IMG/VR virus record: IMGVR_UViG_3300034072_000926
Span: 372,001 to 436,000 of that record
Length of the DNA: 64,000 nucleotides
Direction: 5' to 3' (one strand)
The number at the start of each line of letters is the position of its first letter. Position 1 is the stretch's first letter. Below, piece after piece: positions 8,401 to 17,576 of this stretch. The position numbers and the translations under genes are program-made. The notes below the pieces were generated by a model. That model was not told the DNA's origin. It saw only the letters and a list, made by a program, of their open reading frames with translations, and did not search any database.

Positions 8401-8634
8401 TCAGAACTTTTTCAGGATTTTATCCATCTCTGCGATCTTTGCCTTGAGGTCATCAAGGAGGGCTTGATTGCGACGGTCCACTTCTTCCCGCTCCTTCCCG
8501 AATACCGGCATCTGCACGATGATAGCGAGCTCGGACTTAGTGACCATTTTGACGAACTCGTTCCGCAACGAGAGCGCCATCTTCTGGTTCAGCTTGTCGC
8601 GGTTATCCCACCACTGTTTGACGGGGACTGTCAT
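8401..8634 (-). CDS. hypothetical protein
   Basis: ATGA overlap. Confidence 0.7.
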   Translation of the reverse strand: MTVPVKQWWDNRDKLNQKMALSLRNEFVKMVTKSELAIIVQMPVFGKEREEVDRRNQALLDDLKAKIAEMDKILKKF

Positions 8635-8999
8635 CCCCTCACCGCCGCTGCATCGGCTTTTGCGGGATTGGCCTTTGCTTCTTCGGCCCAGCCAACATAG
8701 GCTTCGTAGACACGCACCACTAGCGCATCACATGCCTGCGTGAGGGTAAGCTGACGGGACTCGAAGCCGAGAACTTCCTGGACGAACATGCCGACCACTT
8801 CGTCCTTCATTGCCAACCAGGCATCAGAGGTGCGCGTCGTGTTCGGCGAAATCGTCTTTGCCAGTTCGTGTGCCGGCGTCGAGACCTGCTGAACCAGCAG
8901 AATTGCGAGACTGCCGAGACCACGGAATTCAGTTCCGCCGCGAACCAGCTGACGAACCGCATAGTCCTTGGCCCAAAGCCTTGCTTCGTTGATATCCAT
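8631..8999 (-). CDS. hypothetical protein
   Basis: after cassette SD. Confidence 0.8.
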   Translation of the reverse strand: MDINEARLWAKDYAVRQLVRGGTEFRGLGSLAILLVQQVSTPAHELAKTISPNTTRTSDAWLAMKDEVVGMFVQEVLGFESRQLTLTQACDALVVRVYEAYVGWAEEAKANPAKADAAAVRG

Positions 9000-9056
9000 G
9001 TTCGATCTCCTTATTGCCTATGTGCCTATTTTAGCACATAGGTGGATAGAGTCAAC
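9000..9056 (-). promoter_or_regulatory. repeated early promoter/RBS unit
   Basis: TTGACTCTATCCACCTATGTGCTAAAAT...AAGGAGATCGAAC. Confidence 0.85.
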
Positions 9057-10964
9057 CTAATATTTCCGGCCCCGCATACGAGAGTATTCCATCTTCCGCT
9101 GCTCTTGTTCAGCTTGTTCGCGATCCGCCATATATTTGCGGAGAACCGCCTTCGAGTCGGCCTTGACCTTCTCGGCCTTCATAGCTTCTGCACGTGCCTT
9201 TTCATCCGCTATGGCTTTTTTCCGAATCTTGTTGTTTAGATTAAGCAAAAACAGCTGGGCTTCGGTTTGAGTTTCGAACCGGTGCATTTCATCTTCGGTT
9301 CGGACTATGAATTGTCCGAGATTATTTTCTTTGTTGTAGCCGGACTTTGGACCCGCAATCTTCAACTGATTACAGATATCCTGGATAAGATCCTCGAATG
9401 ACTCGTAATCACAGAGGCCATAGACTTTGACCTTCCATTCATTGTTAATGAGCATGATCAACTCAATCTCATCCTGTCCACCAATGACTTGGTAAATGTC
9501 TTCATTGAGACTAAAATCGCTATAAACGATTTCCTGACAGAAGTGATTGACTTGGTCAAAGACATCCTGCCATGTTTCTCCTCTCAGACAAAGGATATTT
9601 GATTGAGCAGTCGGCTCATAGGCATCCTCGAGGTATCGTTCCTTCATCTTATTCATTTTGCGCTCATAGCGATCCTCGGCGAGAAACATATCTCGCAAGG
9701 ATTCTATGTCGTCATTCTCTTGTTCCTTATTCTCAAGAGGAACAATCTCAGCCTTCTTTGTTGGTGGTGCAAGCAAACTCTGTGCCACAACATCATCGGC
9801 CTGTAACTGGCGTAGATGACGCATTGAAGCGGGCATATAGTTCTCAGGCTTCGTCCACCATTCGGGCGCTGGCAATGCCTCGGCCAACGGTCCGTTAGGA
9901 TTGAGGAAGAATGCTTTGCCTTCGCTCATCCAGTAATGGTCGTTCATTTCCCGCTGCTGTTCAACAGTCCAGAAATTGTTCGAGACAGCCGGAGGACCCT
10001 CGGCTTCCAACTGACGAGCAACGCGCTGTTCGCTTGTCTGAATGAGGACCAGGTTCTTCTCGATAGCTTCCTGATTTGCTGCATAGTCGTTCAACTGGGC
10101 TTCGAGGCGCTGTTGCCTGATGGCTTCCCGATTGGCAATGATCCACCAAATTTTGCTCGCCGTGATCATGAGGCCGTCTCGACCCAAGTTGATATCCTGA
10201 TGGTGCTGGAAGACGGCGGGGAGACTTGCTTTCACTTCGTTTGCTGTCGGATAGAAGTTCCTCAGTTCATAGAACAGTTTCAAACCCTTTTCAGTCAACC
10301 ACCAACGTGGCGAACCCTTCTCCCAAGTGTGGCCATTCGATATAAGCCCTTGCTTGGTCAGGTTATCAATTATGGACTTGTGATATCCGCTTATGCCAAT
10401 TGAGTGAATCCTGTTCGGATTCAAGCATAGGTTGGGTTGCTTTGACTCTTGGATTCCTCGAACTGCACCCTCAATTTCATTGAGCTCGGCGACATTTATG
10501 GAATACTTCTCTGCCAGTTTGTCCTTGAAATCATAGACCTGACGATTAAACTCGGAAATGGTCAGACGTGCCGACTTACCAGTGCTTGCTGTGTAGCAGG
10601 TATGAAGATGGGCTTGGAGGTGCTGTCCCTTGTCAGTCAGGAAATAATATCCGAACTGTTCAAAGACGATATTCTTCCTCATGAGGGTTTTGATACCCTC
10701 ATGATGTTGATCTGGCCAAAGTGGATCAGGACGGTGCGCAAGCCTCATACCTGAGAATTGCTTGTGAGATGCGCCGGAACCGTCAGGATCGATAAGTGTG
10801 ATCTCTTCGGCCTGACGGATCATCATGCAGCTATACTGAGTGATACCTCGACCTTCAAGCGTCGCAACTGCCTTCGGGTATTTCATTCCTCGGATAAGAT
10901 CATGAAGTTCCATTGAGCTTTCCCGAAGGTCCCTTTCTAAGGCTTGTGCGGCTCCAAATATCAT
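9057..10964 (-). CDS. large hypothetical protein, possible winged-helix repeats
   Basis: 635 aa; two 'LT.KG' wing motifs (YFLTDKG, WWLTEKG); upstream TAAATA. Confidence 0.7.
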   Translation of the reverse strand: MIFGAAQALERDLRESSMELHDLIRGMKYPKAVATLEGRGITQYSCMMIRQAEEITLIDPDGSGASHKQFSGMRLAHRPDPLWPDQHHEGIKTLMRKNIVFEQFGYYFLTDKGQHLQAHLHTCYTASTGKSARLTISEFNRQVYDFKDKLAEKYSINVAELNEIEGAVRGIQESKQPNLCLNPNRIHSIGISGYHKSIIDNLTKQGLISNGHTWEKGSPRWWLTEKGLKLFYELRNFYPTANEVKASLPAVFQHHQDINLGRDGLMITASKIWWIIANREAIRQQRLEAQLNDYAANQEAIEKNLVLIQTSEQRVARQLEAEGPPAVSNNFWTVEQQREMNDHYWMSEGKAFFLNPNGPLAEALPAPEWWTKPENYMPASMRHLRQLQADDVVAQSLLAPPTKKAEIVPLENKEQENDDIESLRDMFLAEDRYERKMNKMKERYLEDAYEPTAQSNILCLRGETWQDVFDQVNHFCQEIVYSDFSLNEDIYQVIGGQDEIELIMLINNEWKVKVYGLCDYESFEDLIQDICNQLKIAGPKSGYNKENNLGQFIVRTEDEMHRFETQTEAQLFLLNLNNKIRKKAIADEKARAEAMKAEKVKADSKAVLRKYMADREQAEQEQRKMEYSRMRGRKY

Positions 10965-10994
10965 ACCGCAACACTACACCTATTTAGGTGAACG

Positions 10995-11657
10995 TCAAGC
11001 GAAGAACACAAGGTCCAAGCGCGGAACCAAATCTTCCTGTCCAATTCCACGAATGAGCTGTAGAACTTTGTCCTCGACACCCTTGTATTTGGCATGGAGA
11101 ACACTGACGACTTTCTCACCAGTTACAGGTGCCTCGGTGAGACGAACAATAGACGCCTCAGGAAACTCGCAGACGCCCGCTCGACATAGGCTCCATGCTG
11201 CACTAAGCAGGGCGCAAGTGTGTTCCTCATAGTTCTCATAGACGCTCTTAAGCCCTATACGACTACCGTCATCAGCAAGATAGCTGAGCACTCGCTTACC
11301 TTGTTTGCTGAACTTCTGCCAATCGAGTCTATCTTCTGGCAAGCTCGCAATAATCTGCTCAGCAACCGGCCCAAGTCGTCCCTCAAAGACAACATGATCG
11401 GGAGCAAGACCACGACGTAGGATGCAACGGATGAACTCGTTAACGTCCAGGGTATTCTGCTCGACATGCAGATCGTCAATGAGGATCGCGGCAACAACCA
11501 AGCTATCGGCGGTGCTCTCCCGATCCAGATATTCCTTCATGACAGTCAGAGATTCGTCCTGTTCATCAGAGAAGATGGAGTCAGCGTAGATGTGCGCAAA
11601 CTCAACAAACATCTCCGGGCGAGGGAGGTTAGGATTATCGGGAAGATGACTGCCCAC
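10995..11657 (-). CDS. HUP-fold-like protein resembling the SCO2522 family
   Basis: VEFAHIY, ILIDD, TCALLSAAW, SVL..KY..VE motifs (recalled similarity). Confidence 0.5.
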   Translation of the reverse strand: MGSHLPDNPNLPRPEMFVEFAHIYADSIFSDEQDESLTVMKEYLDRESTADSLVVAAILIDDLHVEQNTLDVNEFIRCILRRGLAPDHVVFEGRLGPVAEQIIASLPEDRLDWQKFSKQGKRVLSYLADDGSRIGLKSVYENYEEHTCALLSAAWSLCRAGVCEFPEASIVRLTEAPVTGEKVVSVLHAKYKGVEDKVLQLIRGIGQEDLVPRLDLVFFA

Positions 11658-11705
11658 TTAGATCTCCTGTTTCTTGTCCTCTCGATAACAGGAACGGTGA
11701 ACAAG

Positions 11706-12008
11706 TCAACCAGTTTGTTTGGATTGGCAAAACTCACGAATAAACTGAGACCAACGAAGCTTGAACAGCATTGCATCGTCCTTCGATTTTATCCAATAAG
11801 TTCGCCAAGGCTGATGGTGCCCTATGCCCAACCAAGTCCAGCTATGGTTGAGGTTTTCGGAACCCCAGGCAACGATTTCATCATGAAGACCACGACGATC
11901 ATCCTCATGCGAATATCGATTGGATCGGATGCTATAGGTCTTAATGAATTGGATCTTAAATCCAAACCATTGTTCGGTATCAGCTTGAGGAGGGCAAGGA
12001 CCAACCAT
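11706..12008 (-). CDS. 'DAMLFKL.W' family protein
   Basis: C-terminal WIKSKDDAMLFKLRW. Confidence 0.75.
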   Translation of the reverse strand: MVGPCPPQADTEQWFGFKIQFIKTYSIRSNRYSHEDDRRGLHDEIVAWGSENLNHSWTWLGIGHHQPWRTYWIKSKDDAMLFKLRWSQFIREFCQSKQTG

Positions 12009-12301
12009 CAGAAGCGAAAGTCCAGCTTGACCGTGCTATCAGACCAGGCTAGTTTGAACAACATTGCGTCTTGTTTGTCCTTGATGAACACGGGAATTGA
12101 TACACCGCTTGGGACACTTCTCGCGAGTGCCCATTTGCCCTTAACATTCTCCTTGAGCCAGGTCAAGATAGCAGAGTTGTCTATCTTAACAGACATTAGC
12201 TTATTAGTGTCATAGTAATAACCCCCTGGCATACGAAAGGTGTACCATTCCAAACAGCTCATCGTCCAGACAACAGGATTGCTCACAGGGCTCCTCCCCA
12301 C
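12008..12301 (-). CDS. 'DAMLFKL.W' family protein
   Basis: FIKDKQDAMLFKLAW. Confidence 0.75.
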   Translation of the reverse strand: MGRSPVSNPVVWTMSCLEWYTFRMPGGYYYDTNKLMSVKIDNSAILTWLKENVKGKWALARSVPSGVSIPVFIKDKQDAMLFKLAWSDSTVKLDFRF

Positions 12302-12546
12302 GCGAGCTTGAACAGCATCGCATCTTCGTCTTCTTCAATGTAGAAGAATACCGCTGCGCTTTGGTCAGCCCTAAACGTCCATCTGCCACGAGTCATTTCG
12401 CCACACCAACGTCCGGCGTTCCCGCCATTGGGACTTACTATCCGAAAGGTGTGCCAGTCTCTAAAGCCCAAGGTGCTCTTATTGCTGACTGGTCTGTTTC
12501 GCTCGAGGAGTTGGACGATAGGTCCGATAGGGCTAGGCTGACTCAT
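12283..12546 (-). CDS. 'DAMLFKL.W' family protein
   Basis: YIEEDEDAMLFKLAW. Confidence 0.75.
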   Translation of the reverse strand: MSQPSPIGPIVQLLERNRPVSNKSTLGFRDWHTFRIVSPNGGNAGRWCGEMTRGRWTFRADQSAAVFFYIEEDEDAMLFKLAWGGAL

Positions 12547-12593
12547 TCACCTCGAGTAGCATAACCCTTTCCCCGTTTCAAAAGAAAAGCGAA

Positions 12594-12968
12594 TTACAGA
12601 GCGCCATGCTCCCATGCTTCGATTGCGGGCAGCGGCGAACCCCGACGATTGAATTCGGCCTTGTGAGCTTGCTGCTCGATCCGGGCCGCATTTTCGCGTT
12701 CCCATGCTTCGGCGGCGCGACGGTCCTGTTCGCTGTAATAATGCGACCAGTTGCGGTATTCGATACCGTCGCGCTCACTGTTGCGCTTGAGAAGGGCAGC
12801 TTCGCGCTCCTCTTCCTCCTTGAAGGCGGCTTCATAGTTGTTCATGAAGAACACTTGAGCCTCTGGCGTGCGCGGGCAGGCCGACCGAGTGCCGTAGAGT
12901 CCCTTGGCGAGGTCGGAAATGATGTCCTGGACTTCGTGGATGTTTTCCAGAGTGTAAACGTGCGTCAT
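12594..12968 (-). CDS. hypothetical protein
   Basis: after cassette SD. Confidence 0.8.
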   Translation of the reverse strand: MTHVYTLENIHEVQDIISDLAKGLYGTRSACPRTPEAQVFFMNNYEAAFKEEEEREAALLKRNSERDGIEYRNWSHYYSEQDRRAAEAWERENAARIEQQAHKAEFNRRGSPLPAIEAWEHGAL

Positions 12969-13028
12969 TTCCGATCTCCTCGTTGCTGCCTACTCACCTG
13001 TTTTAGCACTCTGGAAAACAAAGTCAAC
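12969..13028 (-). promoter_or_regulatory. repeated early promoter/RBS unit
   Basis: TGCTAAAACAGGTGAGTAGGCAGCAACGAGGAGATCGG. Confidence 0.85.
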
Positions 13029-13061
13029 CAGGTTTTTGCTGGTTGACGATTTTGTTGTCTG

Positions 13062-13421
13062 TTAGAGCTTTTCCTCCCAGCGTTTGATCTCAGCTTCGAT
13101 GCGAGCTTTCTCGCTGTAGAGTTCCTTGAGACGATGCTGGGCAATGAGGAAGTTCTTCCGCTTGTAGAACGCATCGGCGAATTCGGTGCCGAACATATCC
13201 TCGAGGGTGTTGATACCCTGTGCATCACATTGGGCCTCGCCCAACGTCGTGTATGCGTTGAACTCGAACGCGGTCATTTGCTCGGCACGGTCGAAGACCC
13301 CGAAGAGACTCTGGACCTCACGGACCGGAATGCTTGACAGGGTTTTGCTGTAACGCATCTCCTTGACCGTGTTCTCGTCATCAGTGAGGACGATCATGTC
13401 CATGTTGCGCGGTTCGATCAT
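13062..13421 (-). CDS. hypothetical protein
   Basis: AAGGAGA SD before MIEPRNMD. Confidence 0.75.
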   Translation of the reverse strand: MIEPRNMDMIVLTDDENTVKEMRYSKTLSSIPVREVQSLFGVFDRAEQMTAFEFNAYTTLGEAQCDAQGINTLEDMFGTEFADAFYKRKNFLIAQHRLKELYSEKARIEAEIKRWEEKL

Positions 13422-13434
13422 TTGCTTTTCTCCT

Positions 13435-13878
13435 TCAGCGGCGAGGGGTGCGGATACCGGTGAAATAACCAGTGGAAACCTTGCAATTCTGGTAGGGTTG
13501 CGATGGACGATGGTATCCGAGGTCAGTTGCCTCACGCGCATCATAGTAGGACCGGCGCTCTGACCACCCTTCACGGGCTTCCGCGATTGCATCGACCTTA
13601 CTGGCGAGACGTCTCGATTCTCCATTGGTCAGTCGACCATCCCTCATTGCAAAGCTGACCTCGCGGCGGAGAATTTTGCAGTTCTCCATGATGAACGCAA
13701 CGTCTTCGTAATCGCGCGGCGGCGCTTCCTCGTCGGATGGTCCGCGAGTCATTGCCCATTCTGCAGCTTTGTTTCGTTGTTCCTTCGAACCGAATGAATG
13801 TGCCCGATTGGTGTTTCCTCCTCCACAAGCCACAAGGCCGACCGAGAGGGCCATAGCGAGGATAATGTGATTCTTCAT
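13435..13878 (-). CDS. putative lipoprotein
   Basis: signal peptide with LVAC lipobox; AGGAGATCGA SD. Confidence 0.75.
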   Translation of the reverse strand: MKNHIILAMALSVGLVACGGGNTNRAHSFGSKEQRNKAAEWAMTRGPSDEEAPPRDYEDVAFIMENCKILRREVSFAMRDGRLTNGESRRLASKVDAIAEAREGWSERRSYYDAREATDLGYHRPSQPYQNCKVSTGYFTGIRTPRR

Positions 13879-13890
13879 TGATCGATCTCC

Positions 13891-14262
13891 TTAGGCCGCG
13901 AGGACCATCTTAACATCAAAATCCAAGGGTGCCCGATTGCTGTCAGTCATGCGCTCGTTGACGATGAAACCGGGGCTGCAGGGGCACGACGAGCAACCCG
14001 CATAGGTCGAGAAGCGCAGCTTGCCCTTAAACTCCGGGAAAGCGTCCTCGATCATCTTGCGCGCTGCATTGATCTGCTGGCGGAAAGAGAGTTCGCCGAA
14101 CACGCTCTGGTCGATGTTGATGTAGAGGCGCGATGCCTTGTCCCAGTCGCGCATCGTATAGCGGCGATCATATGCGGTCTTGCTGGTCGACCAGTGTCGA
14201 CGGGCGCGCTGCGAGAGAGTTGCGTTGAACGTTCCGAACTTCGTTTCGCAAACCTGGCACAT
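13891..14262 (-). CDS. hypothetical phage protein with Cys motif
   Basis: MCQVC and AGCSSCPCSPGF. Confidence 0.8.
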   Translation of the reverse strand: MCQVCETKFGTFNATLSQRARRHWSTSKTAYDRRYTMRDWDKASRLYINIDQSVFGELSFRQQINAARKMIEDAFPEFKGKLRFSTYAGCSSCPCSPGFIVNERMTDSNRAPLDFDVKMVLAA

Positions 14263-14323
14263 ACTCGATCTCCTTTGCTGCATTTCGTGTCACCACTTTA
14301 GCAGAACAGGAGATCAAGTCAAC
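14263..14323 (-). promoter_or_regulatory. repeated early promoter/RBS unit
   Basis: TTGACTTGATCTCCTGTTCTGCTAAAGT...AAGGAGATCGAG. Confidence 0.85.
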
Positions 14324-14329
14324 CACTTT

Positions 14330-16039
14330 TTATGCGCTTGCAGTCTCCAGGAGGTAATTCAAATACTTTTGGCAAAAGTCCTCAACTGTATCATCGGGGT
14401 GCCATCCCAAGGAATAAGAAAAGTTTGCGAAGCCGATGTTGCAGTCTCTGATCTTAATACCAGTGTTCTTGAAGAACGTGATATTTGCCTGCCAGATAAT
14501 CCGACTTAGTTCCATCTCAATATTGGCCGGAACTTTTGCACGAGTTTGCAAGTTGACAAAGGGAAGGATGTAGGGAACCCGTCCCCTCGTTTTATCGGGA
14601 AGGATTACTGAAAGCCCGCCATGTTTCGAACCGACAATGAAGTCTCTCAGGTCGACCACATCGTAATATTCAGTGCCCGCATAGTCGGCGAAGTCGCTGA
14701 GGATAACCTGTCCCTTAATCTTCACACTAGGTGGGAGATTGTTGCGGACTGCATTGATCGTTTCGCCCGTCACGGTATCGTCCTCGACCAACAGATATTC
14801 ACCCTCAGGGATCTTATCAAACTGGTCTGCGAGTTCCTCTGCCCCAGGACGCGCTGCACGATAGAGGGGCTTGTATTGGGGGCCGTAGGGCGTGAAATAG
14901 CGGGTCGAATCAATCCGATAAGTGCCTGAGAAGAAGGGATCCAATGAGATTGTCTTCTGATCGCCGATGACCTTTTTGGCCTCGCTAATCTGTTTCGTAA
15001 CGTCCAGGAGGTGGACTTTGTTCTTCATGCCCGAGAGCTTGAATAGTTGGGCAAATCCAAGGCGAATCGCATTTTGGAGAGCGAGGCGACGACGATCAAG
15101 AACCTCTTTGCTCTCGAAATACCGCTCCCAATGACCGACAGTCATGTCCTCTTCGTTACGGATCAAGTAGGGGAGTTCGCCCGTATCGGTCTTTCCGATG
15201 CCCTCGAAGTATTCGCGCACCTTCGGATCTAGGTGATCCAAGTTGCCTTCTCGAACAGCTTTGCTCGAAATATTCGAGCGCTCGACCATGACGGTATGAC
15301 CTGGGAGAGCTGCACTGAAGCCAGCATTGTCGCTGCCATGCACGTAGAATATTTGAACGGGGCCACTGTATTGTTTCAAGAAGCGACGATAAATGTCCGT
15401 GAAGTTGATCTCCGCAGGCATGTAGCGAGCAGCCCAAGGATCGCAAGATAACCAATCACTGTCCTGGACTGCCAGTTCGACCATCGCACACCGATCCGCT
15501 GCACTGATTGCAGCCGTGCCGTTATACTTCTTGCTCACATAACTATCATGTCCGGGGCAGAAATAACCAGCTACGACGGAGAAACCTTTATCTTCCAATT
15601 GTTTGCGAGCGTTTTCCATCATTGCAATGTGGCCGTTATGGATAGGGGCCATCCCGCCAGTTGTGAACAAGACTGCAACATTGCGGGTATTGTGATCAAT
15701 CTCATTGTAATTGGAAACAAGCTTATGATCTGACACACATGAGAAATCAGTGTCAAAGAGGAGATAGTCCTCTACCAGTTTCTCGAGCCCGTCATCGAAG
15801 AAGCCAGCATCGTAGAGCGCTTCGGTTGTCCGGGTTTTATTGTAGAGTGCATTGTAATAGGGATCAGAGAGAGCCTTCCACGCATAGCGGACGTCTGCGG
15901 AGAAATCCTCAGATTTACGACGATGATTGCCGTGCATACCGCAGGTCACAAAATCTGAACCCCGAGGGACTTCTAGGATGTCGTAGAGGTCACCTTCGGG
16001 ACGGTGCATCTCAATGCCACATGCGTAGGTGTCGACCAT
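14330..16039 (-). CDS. NMN/NaMN adenylyltransferase-like (HxGH) domain fused to a type I PRTase-like domain, with J-domain-like N-terminus
   Basis: TGGMAPIHNGH, HDSYVSKK, HGSDNA, ISSKAVR; YLLVEDDTVTGET PRPP loop; DLYDILEV...AWKALSDP. Confidence 0.7.
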   Translation of the reverse strand: MVDTYACGIEMHRPEGDLYDILEVPRGSDFVTCGMHGNHRRKSEDFSADVRYAWKALSDPYYNALYNKTRTTEALYDAGFFDDGLEKLVEDYLLFDTDFSCVSDHKLVSNYNEIDHNTRNVAVLFTTGGMAPIHNGHIAMMENARKQLEDKGFSVVAGYFCPGHDSYVSKKYNGTAAISAADRCAMVELAVQDSDWLSCDPWAARYMPAEINFTDIYRRFLKQYSGPVQIFYVHGSDNAGFSAALPGHTVMVERSNISSKAVREGNLDHLDPKVREYFEGIGKTDTGELPYLIRNEEDMTVGHWERYFESKEVLDRRRLALQNAIRLGFAQLFKLSGMKNKVHLLDVTKQISEAKKVIGDQKTISLDPFFSGTYRIDSTRYFTPYGPQYKPLYRAARPGAEELADQFDKIPEGEYLLVEDDTVTGETINAVRNNLPPSVKIKGQVILSDFADYAGTEYYDVVDLRDFIVGSKHGGLSVILPDKTRGRVPYILPFVNLQTRAKVPANIEMELSRIIWQANITFFKNTGIKIRDCNIGFANFSYSLGWHPDDTVEDFCQKYLNYLLETASA

Positions 16040-16049
16040 TGTGGATCCC

Positions 16050-16220
16050 TTACTTGGCGGCTTTTGCGGCTTCAGCTTTCCAGCCGGCGATCCATTTCAC
16101 GCCGCCTGCAGATTCCCCATAGGGATTCGCATCCACATCCAGACCAGCGCGGAAAGCCTTACGACCTTCTTCGGTCGAGGGACAAAAATTGATGGGCAAT
16201 TCCCAGATGGGCTTCGGCAT
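16050..16220 (-). CDS. Rmf/CrpP-like small protein (56 aa)
   Basis: EEGRKAFRAG...NPY...WIAGW; own promoter/SD at 16221-16274. Confidence 0.65.
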   Translation of the reverse strand: MPKPIWELPINFCPSTEEGRKAFRAGLDVDANPYGESAGGVKWIAGWKAEAAKAAK

Positions 16221-16263
16221 AACTAATCTCCTGTTGTCTTATCACCACTTTACAGGAAATAGG

Positions 16264-16446
16264 TTAGTTGTCAAGCTCTTCGCCGCACTCTTTCTGGCAC
16301 TTGCATTCACACGCCTCGGAGATCGTAGGCGCGAGCAATAATCCAACAAAGAGGAACCAGCCCCAGCCGCCCGACCCGTTATAGGCCAGGACAGTGGCTG
16401 CTAGGATGCAGAATGTGATGGGCAAGAATGCAAGGAAACGTGTCAT
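16264..16446 (-). CDS. small membrane protein
   Basis: GWGWFLFVGLLL TM hairpin; leaderless-type promoter. Confidence 0.7.
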   Translation of the reverse strand: MTRFLAFLPITFCILAATVLAYNGSGGWGWFLFVGLLLAPTISEACECKCQKECGEELDN

Positions 16447-16478
16447 AACCTCTTTGTAGCAGGTTATGACACGCCTTG

Positions 16479-16724
16479 TCAGTAATCTTTCAGCGCCTTC
16501 ATCATCAGCTCATAGACGCGAGCCTGCGGCGAATCGGGATAGGCCAGGTTGACTGCCATCCCGCACCGGCCGGTCGTATGACACAGGGCCGACCACATTG
16601 CGGTGTGAAGCATCTGCTGCCCAACACTCTGATCCTCAGCCGACGGCGAGAATGCTTCTCCGCCGCGATTCAGCCGGGCATAGAGGTTGGTCAGTTCCTC
16701 ACGCTCTTCCTTTGTCAGGCTCAT
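16479..16724 (-). CDS. hypothetical protein
   Basis: ATGA overlap. Confidence 0.7.
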   Translation of the reverse strand: MSLTKEEREELTNLYARLNRGGEAFSPSAEDQSVGQQMLHTAMWSALCHTTGRCGMAVNLAYPDSPQARVYELMMKALKDY

Positions 16725-17035
16725 TTTTCATCCCCTGGAATCTTGAAGCAGAGTTGACTCTGAACCCCGTCCTTTTCCCGCATACGAGGCACGACCGAGA
16801 CATTGTTGCCGTAATACTTGGTCATGAGGTATTGACAGCCGGTCGTAACGTCACGGAAAGTCGTGACGGAGATCACGCCTGGATCGATTTCGTTGAAAGC
16901 AATGACATGCACGGCTTTCGGCCACTTCGAATAGCCTTCAGCCGTCGAAGCCACCGACTGTTGGGTTTCTCGAATCGGAGCACCACAACCGGCCAGCAGC
17001 GCGATTCCCATAAGGGTGACGATTGAACGCTTCAT
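16721..17035 (-). CDS. lipoprotein (DUF6440-like)
   Basis: LLAGC lipobox; DVTTGCQYL motif. Confidence 0.65.
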   Translation of the reverse strand: MKRSIVTLMGIALLAGCGAPIRETQQSVASTAEGYSKWPKAVHVIAFNEIDPGVISVTTFRDVTTGCQYLMTKYYGNNVSVVPRMREKDGVQSQLCFKIPGDEK

Positions 17036-17268
17036 AATTTCCTCCACACTGTCTCACCTTTGCGTGTGAGCTCAAAGTTCATTCCGGGTTTATCGCTCGA
17101 GGTGGACCAATGGATCAGTCCTGCGTCAAATAACCGGTCCACCCTTCGAGCAAACACTGGACCCCAGCGGCGAACATAGAATCCTGTCCGAGGCTTAATG
17201 CGCCGGAAGAATTCCATATCCTTACTGCTGATCATCACAGGATCTTCGTGCCGTCGGCGTAGGTCCAA
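17032..17268 (-). CDS. hypothetical winged-helix-like protein
   Basis: LFDAGLI...FELTRKGE. Confidence 0.55.
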   Translation of the reverse strand: MDLRRRHEDPVMISSKDMEFFRRIKPRTGFYVRRWGPVFARRVDRLFDAGLIHWSTSSDKPGMNFELTRKGETVWRKL

Positions 17269-17510
17269 AGCGAACCCAGCTTTTCCTTCATCTCCATGAT
17301 CCGCAAGGACTGTTCGTTCGAGAAACCCTTGCCCCGCACATCATAGAGGTTCTCGCCGTCGAGCAGGTCGCAGAATGCGTTGATGAGTTCCTGAACCGAA
17401 ATGTCAGTGCCACCGGCAGCGGTCAGGATTTCGGCCCGGTTCGCCATGCTGTCGGCGATCTTGATATCGAGGCCGTAGGTTTCGTTCCGGGCGTCCAAAT
17501 AGTTGCTCAT
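17235..17510 (-). CDS. hypothetical protein
   Basis: after cassette unit 17511-17569. Confidence 0.8.
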   Translation of the reverse strand: MSNYLDARNETYGLDIKIADSMANRAEILTAAGGTDISVQELINAFCDLLDGENLYDVRGKGFSNEQSLRIMEMKEKLGSLWTYADGTKIL

Positions 17511-17576
17511 CTTTCGATCTCCTTTGTTCGCCTATGTCACACTGATAGCATGAATAGGTGAACAATCAAGTCCTTT

